The notes below the pieces were generated by a model. It worked only from the letters and a program-made list of their open reading frames with translations. It was not told where the DNA came from and did not search any database. The translations under genes and the position numbers were made by a program. Source: Eledone cirrhosa (Eukaryota). Taken from it: a DNA stretch of 64,000 bases. Positions 10,358 to 24,186 of the stretch are shown here, piece by piece. Every line of letters begins with the position of its first letter. Positions within the stretch are counted from its first letter, which is position 1. The stretch is from contig OZ024740.1 of NCBI GenBank assembly GCA_964016885.1, forward strand, positions 391,282,001 to 391,346,000. The letters run 5' to 3'.

Positions 10358-13268
10358 AATTCTGTGACGCTAATAACCTAACTATCTGTAACGCAAACTT
10401 CAAAAAACGAGAAAACCACTGGATCACCTATAGATCAGGGGAACACGCCAGCCAAGTAGATTATATCCTTACTAGAAGACGTGACAAAGTGTCTGTTGTA
10501 AACACTGAATCCCTCCTCGTGAAGAATGCACCTCCCAACATAGCCTAGTAGTTAGTGACTTCATAGTCAGGAATAGACATACTCGACGACAGATGAGGCC
10601 TATCTTTAGGAGAAGAATATGGAAGTTGAAGGACCCCATAGCCAGTGACAAATCTAAAAGCTTATTACATGATGCCTTTGACAATAAGGAAGAACAATTA
10701 GAGACGTGCAATATAGAGGAACAGTAGGAATTCATGAAAGTGAACCTGCTGAAAGCAATGGATGAAATCTGTGGCTGGAGCAGACCTATTGGCAGGAGGA
10801 GAGTAACTTGGTGGTGGAACAGTAAGGTGGAGGAGACAATCAAGACCAAAAAGCAGGCTTGGAAAGTATGGCAGGATGGGGGAAGTATAGAACACTATCA
10901 ACTGGTCAGGAGAGAAGCTAGGAGATAAGTGTACCTTTCAAAAAGGGAAGCAGAGGATGGAAAGTTCAAGCATGTTCTACAACGTGAGGACCAAAAACGT
11001 GAGGTGTTCAGGATTGCTAGACAATGTGTCAAGGAAAACCGTGATATTGTCGGAGGAGAACTGTGTACTTGTCCTTACTAATACTGATAAGAATATAGCT
11101 TGGAAGTGTCACTACGAGAGACTATTAAATGAAGAGAATAAATGGGACAAAGATAGTCTGCCCCAAATCGATCCAACAGAAGGATCAGCGGTGCAAGTTA
11201 AAGGTAGTATAATAAGTAAGGCAATCAAAGATATGAAGACAGGCAAGGCAGCTGGGCCTTCGGAGATAGTTGCTGAGATGTTGAAGGCATCTGGAATGGT
11301 GGGACATACTATGGTTACCCGTATAGTTAACCAAGTAATACAGAATGGGGTCATACCAAAAGACACGCGTAGCAGCATCATCATTAACTGCTACAAGGGT
11401 AAACGGGATGCTCTAGATAGGGGAAACTATAGAGGCATTAAGTTAGTTGACCAGGTCATGAAGGTTACAGAAAGAGTTATAGCGCAACTAATTAGAGAGC
11501 GAATTGATCTAGATGAAATACAGTTTGGGTTTGTGTCAGGTAAAAGTACCACAGACGCTCTTTTCCTTGTACTACAACTACAGGAGAAGTACCTAGCTAA
11601 AAGTAAACCCCTCTACTTAGCTTTTGTAGACCTGGAGAAAACCTTGACAGAGTCCCCCGCTCCATTATCTGGTGGGCTCTTAGAATACTAGGTGTAGATG
11701 AATGGCTTGTGAGAGTTATACAAGCCATGTATAATGAAACAGTCAGTAAGGTTAGAATTAGCAATGAATATTGTGAAGAATTTAGTGTAAAAGTTGGTAT
11801 TCACCAAGGCTCTGTCCTTATCCCCCTCCTATTTATTATTGCCCTTAAGGCTATAACAAAGGAGTTTAAGACCGGCTTCCCATAGGAACTACTATACGCA
11901 GATGATCTAACGCTCATAGCTGAATCTATGGCTGAACTAGAGAAGAAATTCCAAACATGGAAGAATGGCCTAGAATCAAAAGTTAACTTGTCTAAGACTA
12001 AAGTTCTAGTTTATAGAAAGGAAAATAAGGCACAGGTGCCCTCAGGGAAATGGCTATGCTCAGTGTGTAGAAAAGGAGTAGGTAGAAATTCGATTTTATG
12101 TCCCAAATGCAAACTATGGGTACATAAAAGATGTAGTGGGATCACAGGTAAACTATCTAAGAACGTAGATTTTATATGTGGCCGATGCTCAGGTGCAATA
12201 AGTAGCAAGTGCCCACAAGATACTAGCTCCTTCTACTGCCCAGATGGTTCTATAGAAATAGTGGACACTTTCCGTTACCTGGCTGACAAAATCAGCAGTG
12301 GTGGAGGGTGCTCTGAAAGTACAGTAGCCAGAGTCAGAACGGGATGGAAAGCGTTTAGAGAGCTTATACCGCTGTTGGCTACATAAGGTTTTTCTCTAAA
12401 AATGAAAGGCAGATTGTATGATGCCTGTTTACGAACAGCAATACTACATGGCAGTGAGACATGGGCATTGCGTGCAGAGGACCTGCGTAGACTGGAAAGA
12501 AACGAAGCATGCATGCTCCATTGGATGTGTAATAGTAATATACGTGAACGGCAAAGCATAAATGAACTAAGTGAGAAATTAGGAATAAGAGATGCTGTTT
12601 ACTTGAGAGAAGACTACGTTGGTATGGTCCCGTCATGCGCATGAAAGACAACAGCTGTATAAAAAAGTGCAGGGCGATCAAAATTGATGGTAGTAACGGA
12701 GTAGGTAGACCCAGAAAAACCTGGGACGATTTGATAAATTCCGACTTTACACACTTGCACCTCTCTAAGACAATGTCACTGGACCGAGATCTTTGGCACT
12801 ACGCAGTAATACAGAAGACCCGCTTTGCCCATGTACAAAGCGAAACCTACAGTCAGTAGGTATCTCTTAACAAAATATGCACCCCAACCCACTACCCCTA
12901 CTCCACCCTCCCACTCCCACCAACACCACTCTTTCTCTGTAATGTTGGTACCACAACATCCAGTCCAAATAAATAAGATAATGAGATCGAGATCGTGTAG
13001 GTGTCACCCCCCCCCCCCCAAAAAAAAACCACAGTCCACGCTGTAATGTGGTCGTGTAGGTAACACGGTAAAAAGTTCCCAGTTCCACACTGTAAATATG
13101 GTTGGTGTTAGGAAGGGCATTCAGCCGTAGAAAACCTGCCAGATAGTTCTATATGAGCGAGACACGGTCACCCGACCAACCTTGCTTCAAATGGAACAAC
13201 TCCCGTCTAATCCGTGCTAGCGTGGAAGATGGACGTTAAACGAAGATGATGATGATCATGATCATGAT
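10353..13268 (+). mobile_element. Decayed RTE-clade LINE (APE end, RT, internal Cys finger, (GAT)n tail)
   Basis: ITYRSGEHASQVDYIL; KGKRDALDRGNYRGIKL; QFGFVSGKSTTDA; LAFVDLEK; ELLYADDL; frameshifts and stops; 3' ..tggacgttaaacgaagatgatgatgat. Confidence 0.92.
10957..11691 (+). pseudogene. RTE reverse transcriptase fragment
   Basis: 244-aa ORF with non-LTR RT N-terminal motifs; continues in other frames. Confidence 0.88.
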
Positions 13269-13365
13269 ATATATGTATGTAAAAGGTAAACAGAAATAAC
13301 AACACAATAGGTACAGTATATGGAAGGGATATATTAGGTTAACGCTTGATATAGCAGGAAGAGGG

Positions 13366-13401
13366 TCTTAACGTTTCGGACGCTAGTCCTTCATCAGAAG
13401 A
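13366..13401 (-). ncRNA. Minimal hammerhead ribozyme in a PLE-like 3' fragment (13281-13440; related fragment 2555-2610)
   Basis: rc: tctt-CTGATGA-a-ggac tagc gtcc-GAAA-cg-TT-aaga. Confidence 0.7.
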
Positions 13402-13517
13402 AAGAATGAGAAATAAAACAGATTGAGGCGACGGGCGGGATGGAATTGGAAAAATTGTCTTTATATATATATAAACAACATATTTTAAGCTTCAAATGTC
13501 AATATACTATGTCAGTG

Positions 13518-13557
<40 letters not shown>

Positions 13558-13957
13558 TGTGTGTGTGTGTGTGCGCGTGTGTGTGTGTGTGTGTGTGTGT
13601 GTGCCCATTTGTGAGTGTGTGCGTGTGTGTTGTGTGAGCACCTGTGCGAAGTAAAAGTTAATGAATTCTTTGCGGGTTGCGATTATGAGAATTCAAAGTG
13701 TTCAAACATTGAATTATAGATTAAACAACTGAATATTCCACAGACACGTATAAACATAACGAAATATTCTGCTAGAATCAGTGGGAAATAGTCTGTGACT
13801 ACGCTGGTCCTTTGAATAACATGTACGGTCCATTTCACAGTTTCCGTTAGATTTTGTCATTCAGCAGTTTTCGTCTATCCAATTTTAAAGTTACAAGACA
13901 CACACAGACAGACAGAAACACACACACACAGTCAGACAGAAACACACAGTCAGATAG

Positions 13958-13994
<37 letters not shown>

Positions 13995-14174
13995 GACAAA
14001 CACACACACACAGTCAGACAGAATCACACAGACACACACAGACAGGCAGAAACACACAGGCAGACACAGATACACACACACAAAGGATATAAATAGGGGT
14101 GGGTATATCATTCGTTCGTTCCCAAGAGCGTAAAAGCTCTATGTATTAATTACTTATGAAAAATACAGAGCATG

Positions 14175-15840
14175 ATAATTTAATTTAGGTGAAAAACCAA
14201 AGATGATATTTCAAATTATTTTATTAACTTCTACGTTCGTTTCAATTTTAACGAAATAAAATCGGAAAATATAAAATTATTTGCAAATTAAATAATCAAT
14301 CAATCAAATCAATAAACAATTGCAATCACATATCAGAAAATCTCTTCAGAAACCAATATTAGATTTGGGGAATGTGTGTCCCCAAAATACCAGTCTTTAA
14401 AAAAACATATGCGAGACAGGTCCATAATTCAAGAATAAGCCAAGAAAACATCAGTGTTAAGCATCATGCAAGTTGATTAAAGCAACAAAAAATCTAATCT
14501 CTAAACCATAAGTCCTCATGCTGTATTTTAGTTTATGTGTACAAACACAAATGTATTTTTGTTTACAAAATACCATCATTTCATAGTCCATTCATTTAAA
14601 TATATAATGTTATTTTCACAATATTGCTTAACAGCGGTATTAGAACAAACCACTGTTTAAGACGGTGTAGCGTTAAGAATGGTAGTATACGAAAAGACGT
14701 AGGAATCTTGAATATGAGTTGTTCAATTACAATGTAGGCCAAAAATATGTTTACACACTATAAACTGGGTAATATAAGGGTTACTATAACTTATCTACTA
14801 ATTTAAGAGCAAAAAACAAAAAACAAAAAACTACATATAGTTACAGAGAACTTAAGTAGATTTAATTTTAATACCTGGGCTCGATTGTCTGTTATAAAAG
14901 AAGTATGTTGCTTATTAAGAATATGGGAAGGTGGGAGTGATATTGTGTAGTTCATGACGTAATTATAAATTTGCATCAAACTGTTTATCACGTAGGGTCA
15001 CAGCTATAATAGTAAAAAGAATAGACATTCAAACTATTTCTGATTTCCTATTCAATAAATCTAGATTAGACTTACTTATTAAGAGGCACTCAGATAAACA
15101 CAAATTACATTTTAGGCTACCTTGCTCGTAAGATTTTGTGGCTTTCAAACGAGACCAAAAGAGGGAGTAAGAGATATTTGAATTTTTTAAATCTCATAGG
15201 TAACTGGCGAGCGAGGTTAGATTTTTCAGTTTTACATTTCTAAAAGATTGGAGGTGAGAATAATACCGTGATTTAAAACTATTTGACGTTGCACCAAAGT
15301 AAGCTTTAATACCATTAGGTGCAGAAACTGCACTGACATGCTATGTTAGGTATGAGGTAAATCTAAGACTTTTAGGAGTGTAAGTACATCTTTCAAGATC
15401 AAGATGTTTTACAGTCTTATTTCCTTGATTGTTTATGTCACTAAGATTTCTATATGTAGTTTTTTAATAGTTTTTATTAAATTTTTTATAGATAAAGGAT
15501 TTATAAATATTTTTAGTTTTGTCCGCCAGAACCAGTGTATTTTTTGTTTCTTTTCTAATTTATGGACCTGTCTCGCATATTTGTTTTTTTTTTAAAGACT
15601 ATGTTTCATATCTATTATTTATTTCATATCTATTATTATTCCCCAAATCTAATATTGGTTTCCTATAGAGATTTTGTGATATGTGATTGAAATTGTTTAT
15701 TAATTTGATTGGTTAATTATTTAATTTGCAAATCATTATTTAAGCTTTGTGATTGTATTACGTTAAAATTGAAACAGACGTAGAAATTAATAAAATGACT
15801 TGAGGTGTTTGCTTTAGTTTTTTACACCTAAATTAAATTG
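14175..15840. mobile_element. ~1.7-kb element bounded by diverged ~270-bp inverted repeats
   Basis: gaaaccaatattagatttggggaat..atatgcgagacaggtccataa mirrored at 15560-15662. Confidence 0.6.
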
Positions 15841-15868
15841 AATTATATATATATATATATATATTTTT

Positions 15869-16277
15869 AGTATATGCTGGTTGTTTACCGACACCTCAGT
15901 ATGCAGATTGGAGCACTCGACGAAGTACGCAGGTTGGTTTGTTTACTCCGTAGGAATGTAAAATAATTAAGTCAAATATGTAAAATTTGGCTTCGTTTAT
16001 TACAAATTATAGATATACTGCTATATATATTTCGGTGACAGCCATCATTGGCTGTGACCTCTTCAGGCAGTCCGAATTGGTGTGGGAAAGACAGGTACAC
16101 ATGTTGTTGAAATGTGTTTTACTCCGTCAATCCATCGATATGTCCTGCTCCTGGTAGTGTTGTTATTTCTATTTCTCTGAGGAACTGGAATCATATGATG
16201 GCTGTCACCGAAATATATATAGCAGTATATCTATAATTTGTAATAAACGAAGCCAAATTTTACATATTTGACTTAAT

Positions 16278-16284
<7 letters not shown>
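15869..16284. mobile_element. Fold-back HHR element; HHR 16017-16071(-)
   Basis: rc: actgc-CTGAAGA-ggtcacagcca atga tggctgtcacc-GAAA-tatata-TA-gcagt; inverted arm 16196-16284. Confidence 0.85.
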
Positions 16285-16342
<58 letters not shown>

Positions 16343-16516
16343 ATTACCGTAGGTAGGGTAAAGGAAAGGAGAGTGCTCTACGTCTGCTACAGAGCTATTT
16401 AATTATGTAATAAACAACATAAGACGATTATGTGTGTTCATGTGTATATAACTGAGGGAACGTGTTTGTATGTATATATATATCTATATAAATACACACA
16501 CATATATATATATATA

Positions 16517-16613
16517 TAGGGTGTTCCCCAAAATGTATACACACTTCAACAGCATTCTAATAAATATTGCCTGTACAGGTAATCAAAGTGTGTATACATT
16601 TTTGGGGGATACG

Positions 16614-16616
<3 letters not shown>
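16517..16616. mobile_element. Tc1/mariner-type MITE
   Basis: ~30-bp TIRs agggtgttccccaaaatgtatacacactt / aagtgtgtatacatttttgggggatacgctg in a TA context. Confidence 0.8.
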
Positions 16617-16691
<75 letters not shown>

Positions 16692-16768
16692 TGTGTATAT
16701 ATATATATCAAGAACGTGAACCTAATAAACCTTTGTCTGCCTCTCTGTTTTGTTCCCGTCTAAATTTG

Positions 16769-16836
<68 letters not shown>

Positions 16837-16856
16837 TCATTATCTATAAAAGGCAG

Positions 16857-16891
<35 letters not shown>

Positions 16892-17108
16892 GTGTGTGTG
16901 TGTGCATGTTCCATGTTTATACATTTGCACAATTTCAAACCGATTCGACTCAAAGTCTATAAGAATGTTGTAAATGGTCTAACTTAGATCAACGACTATT
17001 TATTTCATTCACACTCACCCACAATTACGGAAATAATCGATAAAACTAAGTACATGACGCTTTACCCCTCTAATACAATCAGATTTTCTCTCTCTACTCC
17101 CCTTAAAC

Positions 17109-17147
<39 letters not shown>

Positions 17148-17256
17148 GAGGGAGAGAGAGAGAGAGAACTTTTGTTTTTGAGTGTGGAACGGTCAAACAT
17201 TTATTTACTTCAATGACAAAGAGAACTTATTACATTTCATACGAAACAGCAATTAT

Positions 17257-17728
17257 TCAAAAGCAACAGATAAATTTATTCAACAAAAAAAAAAAAAAAA
17301 TAGCGATAAATCTTTTTTAAAACATCTATCAACGAACGTGGAAGAAAGAAGTATCAGTTCATTTACTACACAATAATATCTATGAGGTCACTAAACCTGC
17401 TAGAAACAGCAGCTAACTCTCCCCCATATCACACCACTCCCTACTGTCTTAAATTTAGAAAACATATCCTCTATGAGGTCACTAAACCTGCTAGAAACAG
17501 CAGCTAACTTTCCCCCATATTCAAAAGCAACAGATAAATTTATTCAACAGCAAAAAAAAATAGCGTTAAATCTTTTTTAAAACATCTATCAACGAACGTG
17601 GAAGAAAGAAGTATCAGTTCATTTACTATACACAATAATATCCTCTATGTGGTCACTAAACCTGCTAGAAACAGCAGCTAACTCTCCCCCATACCACACC
17701 ACTCCCTACTGTCTTAAATTTAGAAAAC
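17257..17728 (+). repeat. Local tandem duplication (~264 bp) containing three copies of gtcactaaacctgctagaaacagcagc
   Basis: tcaaaagcaacagataaattt at 17257 and 17522; related dispersed copy near 49020(-). Confidence 0.8.
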
Positions 17729-17809
17729 AGCTCCTGCTTCGGCAGTCCAGGTCTGCAATTCATTCACCCAGTGCCTGGCAGACAAAAAAGTGCTGCCATA
17801 AAATGGGTG

Positions 17810-17866
17810 GTGCAACCTAACTTTGGTAACTTACTGACCCCGAGCAACGCCGGGCTTTAATGCTAG
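17810..17866 (+). mobile_element. Helitron 3' end
   Basis: Hairpin cccgagcaacgccggg followed by ..tgCTAG|t; related end at 55018-55046. Confidence 0.6.
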
Positions 17867-18504
17867 TATATATATATATATATATATAGTTTATATATAT
17901 ATATATATATAGTTTATATATATATATATATAGTTTATATATATATATATATACAAACACGATCACGTTCCCTCAGTTATACACACATGAACACACATGC
18001 ACATAATATTTGCAGAAGGAATCATAATCTGTATTCTCGTATGATATATTTATATATATTATTACTATTCAGTATATTTCGCCTTTTATATATAAAGAAT
18101 ACGACGGGAGATCATTTGAATATTTCCAGTTCTATTAATATATCGAAACGTAATCCGGTAAACTTCGTTGAATTACAATAATGAATTATTCATACTATTC
18201 AGTATTCTAATTCCCCATGAAGCCGTTGTGTATTAATTCTAGAATAATCGTTTGTTTCATTCGCAATAGCATCTTTTATTTACTTGTAACTTCTTTGAAA
18301 TTCTTCTTTCTGAATTAATCTTTTCTGAATGGATCTACAAATTGCTGCATTAGAGAATAAACTTCCTGGTTTCCATTTATTGTTCTGTATTCATTCCTCG
18401 TTTTCTAAATATTTCCTTGCAAGGACGGTTTTTCTTTCTTTTTAATGGAAATGCAATTTCCACATATATGCATAAAAATAGGAAAACACACCGAAATACA
18501 CACC

Positions 18505-18615
<111 letters not shown>

Positions 18616-18620
18616 TTACG

Positions 18621-18696
18621 GAGGAGTGTCCCCCAAAAATGTATACACACTTCATACATTCTAATAAAAGTGTGTATATTTTTTGGAGACACCCTG
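18621..18696. mobile_element. Tc1/mariner-type MITE
   Basis: Same TIR family as 6711 and 16517. Confidence 0.75.
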
Positions 18697-21268
18697 TATA
18701 TATATATCCACGTGCATGTGTGTTTGCTAGTGTGTATATATATACATGTATGTCCTCATAGTAGAGATTTATATTTTCTTTATAAAGGTTAAGTTGCATT
18801 GGAAGTTCTCCTGTGTACTCACACACAAATCCGGCAAGACTAAATTTACAGAGGGTGGAGTGTATATCGGGGAAAAAATACAGTAGGGGGGGGGGGAGAA
18901 GGGGGAATGCGGTGGTCGGGTTTGAAAAGGAGGTGGAATTTCTGAGATGTCTGGGAGATATACTTCAAGTGGGAGACAAGGGAAGAGAAAAAGACAGGTG
19001 AAAAAAAATAAAAACAGAGAAAAGGAAGAAAATAGAAAAAAGAAAGGAAAGCAAAATGTATGAAACAGAAAAAGAAGAGAAAAGAAAAGAGAGGAAAATT
19101 AAGGGAAGCATATAAAAAAACGGGTGGCATGTACATAGAAATTAAAGAGATAATAGTTGGGTTTTACGGCTGATCATGGAAAATAAAAAAATTAAATTAT
19201 AATATAAATGAAAATATAAAATAAAATAACAATATAAAAGAAATATCAAAATAAAACATGAAAGTTATCAGAACGCTATAATGGAAGTAAACAAGCCGGG
19301 CTTACAGGATTTTAGGAATTGTAAAAGAATACAATTAATAAAGAATATTTTCTAGTGAACTGTATGCTCTTTTAGGGCTTAAAAGTAGAATGGAAAAATG
19401 AAAATATCATACTTGTCAAGGAAAAGGTAGTTTTCGAGTGACGGTAGCAGGGAAATGAGATTGTTAATGAATAGAACTGAATTCAATTATGCGAATTTGT
19501 GTTGATAATCTAACTTCGTCAATTGAAAATCTATTGTTAGTTTATTCTACAACCCATGAAAAGTTTTGATTACATTACGCATTCTGTATTGTCTGAGCTA
19601 TACAGTTAATTCCCCTTAGCTAACAATATACCTAGCTGGATACTGAGGCAAAACTATTTATGAAATCTATTCATAAGATTTCAAGAAATAACAGTGATTT
19701 CGTTCTAGACCGCTCAGTGTCCTAACGAAATTAACCATCAACCTTGTGAACACATGTAGTTCATAAAAGTATTAAAATTTCCCTATATCTGAAGACTTGA
19801 GGCTATAAAGGAAATCGATATACTTAGGAAGAATGTGTCGTTGAATATAGGTAGGCTTTCCAGGCCTGTATTTGATTTGAAGTTGTATTCTAAAATAATT
19901 ATTTGGCAAGCCCTTTTCAGTCGATAAATGGTGGTAAAGCAACGGTTATAGCTGTATTTGAAACAAAGATGCCTGTGATAAAAAAAAATAATAAGCTATT
20001 ATCAATTCCTACGAAGACGACTACAAATGATTCGAATATCTGTCATTCCAGGTAGAGGAAATCAATGGTAGGTTAATGAATGTAATTCATTAGTAAGATA
20101 TAAAAAAATAGATAAAGTAGAAAGACGGACATGTTGAATGTAGTGTGAGAGGATTGTAGAGAGAGATTGAAAACGCATTACTGTGAGTGTATGGAAGAGG
20201 AGAGAAATAGAGTTTGTGAGTAAGCGTGTGAGGTAGATAGAGAAAGAAAAAGAGAGATTGCAAGAGCTATCGAACATGTAATCCTATATAAACGTATCTA
20301 TTCACCGGTAAACAATTCGAAACCAGCAACAGACAACCAAGGAAACGCTGTTCTTGTTTGTTTAAAATTAGATCGGAACAAGAGACACCAAACAACGTCT
20401 ATCAGACGATAGATGAATCTAAAGAAGAGCTGCTTACGATATCCAGGAAGATTTGTCTCACCGGAGGGGGTATGTTTTACATACAACACTCACTTATCTT
20501 CAATGTATAGAGGCATAAAGTATTCAATGAAACAACAACTACAATAAACATTGAATCTTATAGAAATCGATTGAGTTGTATTCAAAAGAGATATGTTTCT
20601 ATTCCAAGAAAAGGATAATCAATCGCTCTTTTGTTGTGCGGGTTAAATCTGGTTATGACATAAAAGGAAATTTCATCCTGGCCGGTGAGAGGTTACATAT
20701 AATTACAGAAATCACTAGCATCTATTACACTGAATTACGTTTGTGTGTGCGTGCGTATATATATATGTATGTGCGCGCGCGCGTATGTGTGTGTGTGTGA
20801 GTGTGTGAGTGTGTGATTGTGTATGTGTGAGCGTATGTAAGTATTCATATCTGCTTGAAAGCGGACAGATTTAAGATTTTATATCTATAAATATATATAA
20901 CTTGACATATATATATAACTTGTTCTTAAGCGTGAGTTTTCCCTTGCTCTGCAGACTTATGGCCAAAGCGCTCCAAACATGAACTTCCCGTTAAAATATC
21001 AAGCATTGCGAATCTAAGTAAACATTATCCAGTGTAACAGTTATTTTAAAGTCGTATAGTAAACTTTGATCGATATTTGGTTGCTATTTCTAACGTTGTT
21101 TACTTGATTGCTGTTTTTGCCTTTGCACGCAACATGTATTGACGTGTCAGTAGATTTGTTTAAATGTGAAATACATTAATCTAATATTATATTTCATATA
21201 TTTCAAGTTTTATCACTCTCTAAGTGCAAATGAATAAAGACATTTTTGCAATATATTCTTCTACAGTA

Positions 21269-21603
21269 GAGGGGTTCTGAAACGTTTTGGGCCACCGCCC
21301 ACGTCACGGCCAGGTAATACCCTCAGCGTCCCCAACCCTATTTCCAGAGAGACCTGCCTACACGCAAATTGTAAATAATATATAATAAATAAAATCCTTA
21401 ATTTATATATAATAAATAATATAATATATACTATGTATAAATATATATATTATATATATATTTTATTTTACTATATTTATATATATGTATCATTTGATAT
21501 TTAATATACTATTATATCATCTCTACCGCCCAGCGCCCCCTGGACCTTCTCATCGCTCCACGGGTGGGTGGGTGGGGGATAGCGCTTACTTTGAGAACCT
21601 CTG
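21269..21603. mobile_element. hAT-like MITE
   Basis: Termini gaggggttctgaaac / tttgagaacctctg; no clear 8-bp TSD. Confidence 0.5.
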
Positions 21604-21639
21604 TAAATGGATAATTTTCTCCTTTCCTATAATAATGGT

Positions 21640-21846
21640 TTCTTATATAGGCACAAGGCCAGCAACTTTGGAGGAGGAGAAAGTTGGTTGATTAAATCGA
21701 CCCCAGTGCGTGACTGGTTCTTTATTTTATCGACCCCCTAAGGATGAAAGGCAAAGTTAACCTTGGCGGGATTTGAACTCAGACCGTAAAGGGCCGTAAC
21801 TCTATGCTGCAAAGCATGGCGTCAGACCCTCTACCGATACTGCCGT
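21640..21846 (-). mobile_element. tRNA-derived SINE
   Basis: rc of the dominant SINE family. Confidence 0.85.
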
Positions 21847-22932
21847 TGATTATTAATCGATTGTGTACTATGCCATATTTCTGTTGTAAATTCAATAAAA
21901 TCGAAGTATACTATTATCATTATCATGTTTTCAATGGTTTCATGAAGGACTCTATTGCTCTGATATGTACATTTCTGTGTTCCTGAAGTGTGTGCAGCAA
22001 TGGATGTTGTGGATATGGAATTGCGTTTTCATGCTACATCAGATTTAATTTTCTTTTTGGATGTGTTTAACTAATTCTGGTATTATTTCAGTACTTTGTT
22101 GAGTAGAGATTGTATTTCGTATGCACTCTGTGGGATGTGTGCTATATTATTGGGTTCTAATAAAATAAATGCATCATGGCTCATTGCTAAATGACTTAAC
22201 TTTACCATCATGAGGTTCCTGGCACCGTTCCACTGCATGGAATCATAAAAACGGATCTTTTAACACAGCCGTGAGCCGACAGTATTCTTGAGCGTGAAAT
22301 TGTGTAGATGGACATTGACTGAAAGCCTGTCAAATAGACTGTGTTTATAATTGAAAAGAGAGCCTAATCACACAATGAGTCACGTTAAATCTTCCTCAAA
22401 ATTATAGTAAGTGTACATATGTCTGTGGAATACTTAGTCGCTTACAGTTTGATTTAAATAGTAAACCGTTCGGTTGACCGAACAATTGGATCACACGTAG
22501 ACGAAACCGATGGAGGTTCATCATCTCTAAAGTGTTGAATAGGGTTTATAGGTGTTAGATTGTTATGTAGGAGTATGTCTTGTGTTAATTTATGGGGAGG
22601 ATGACTGTGTAGCATGTGCTATATTGTTGGGAGGTGATTCTGTAGTGTTATTTTATTAGATATTGATTGTATAGGTTAAGTGTTGTGAGTGTCATGCCGA
22701 GTGTGCATTATTCATTTTATGCGAGTTGTTTGCTATTAAATTGGAAAACATATTTGACCTTGTGCCTAAGTTCGAAATCAGAATCCTATATATATATATT
22801 ACACCCCTCCCCACACATCACATAATATATGTATATAAATATATACATATATATAAAAAACAATGTGAGTAATATTAAATATTATCCAATTACAAGTATG
22901 AGAGTAGCCCAATATATATATATATATTTATT

Positions 22933-23185
22933 TATTGTTATACTTTGGGAGGGTCATGTTGCCAATAAGAAACACACGCACCAGTTGCTTTCACTCCAAT
23001 TTATTATAAATAAAAATAAAATAAAAAAAAAAATTAAAAAAAAAAAAATTCATAATAAATTGGAGTGAAAGTAACTGGTGCGTGTGTTTCTTATTGGCAA
23101 CATGACCCTCCCAAAGTATAACAATATCGGTTTCAACACACGTTTTCAGATAAATAATGTTACTAAACAAATTCAGAAACGAAAT
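22933..23185. mobile_element. Fold-back pair of PLE termini
   Basis: attgttatactttgggagggtcatg.. / ..catgaccctcccaaagtataacaata, nearly identical to 820-888; right arm has an extra tail. Confidence 0.85.
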
Positions 23186-23194
23186 ATATATATA

Positions 23195-23449
23195 TAGTTA
23201 TGCAATAAACAACATAAGATAATTATTTCATTTACCAGTGGTTTCTTGAAGGCAGATATTTATATCTGTCTTCAGTCGTCAGAATGATTTTTATTCATTC
23301 TGACGACTGAAAACAGATATAAATATCTGCCTTCAAGAAACCACTAATAAATGAAATAATTATCTTATGTTGTTTATTACATAACTAATAAGCTATGTAG
23401 TCTACATAGGTCACTCTTTTTTCCTGTACCTTTCCGACGGAAATACTTC

Positions 23450-23455
<6 letters not shown>
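23195..23455. mobile_element. Fold-back element with two HHRs (23227-23287 -, 23294-23355 +)
   Basis: ttcatt-CTGACGA-ctgaa..cagata taaa tatctg..ttcaa-GAAA-cc act gg-TA-aatgaa (stem III intact in the minus copy). Confidence 0.85.
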
Positions 23456-23516
<61 letters not shown>

Positions 23517-23995
23517 TATATATATATACACCAACATTAGCACCAGTCACGTACTGGAGGCAGTATAATTGACTACGGCCTTCCCTATATTTGGAGCAGT
23601 GCTCCACACCTTATCATTTGTTGTTTACAATGTTCTCACTCTCGCCTTCTCTTTGTCTATTTTTTTTTGTTTCTTTCTTCATATAATTCTCTATCTTACT
23701 ATAGTTTCGTCTTTTACACTAAGGTTGTGATACCATTAAGATGAGATAATAAAACTGTGTGATGTCCTCGTCTTTCTAAAGGTTATTAATGAACAGAATT
23801 GAATGACAAGTTTGGGTATCGCAACAAGCATATAGACCCTATTCCCCTAAAGGTAATTTTACAATGCTTGGTATTTGTCGTCTAATATATAATCGTTTTC
23901 TAATTAGGGACAGGATTATGTTTTGATACAAATAAACTATTTACCTTATATATTCACCATTATTATATTACAAGTATCGCCATTATTATATTACA

Positions 23996-24186
23996 AGGGC
24001 GGTGGATTGTCAGTATCAGTAGAGGATCGGACGCCATGCTTTCCAGCATAGTTATGTCCCTTTACGATCTGAGTTTAAATCCCGCCGAGGTTGACTTTGC
24101 CTTTCATCCTTACGGGGTCGATAAAATAAAGTACCAGTAATGTACTGGGTAATTGCTGGCCTTGTGCCTAAAGTAGAAACAATTAT
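23996..24186 (+). mobile_element. Full-length tRNA-derived SINE with TSD
   Basis: A/B boxes, core, flanked by attatattacaag. Confidence 0.88.

Noticed and set aside
18790-20060. Possible decayed PLE on the minus strand
   Set aside because: Only vague resemblance; no RT/GIY-YIG motif or HHR could be read
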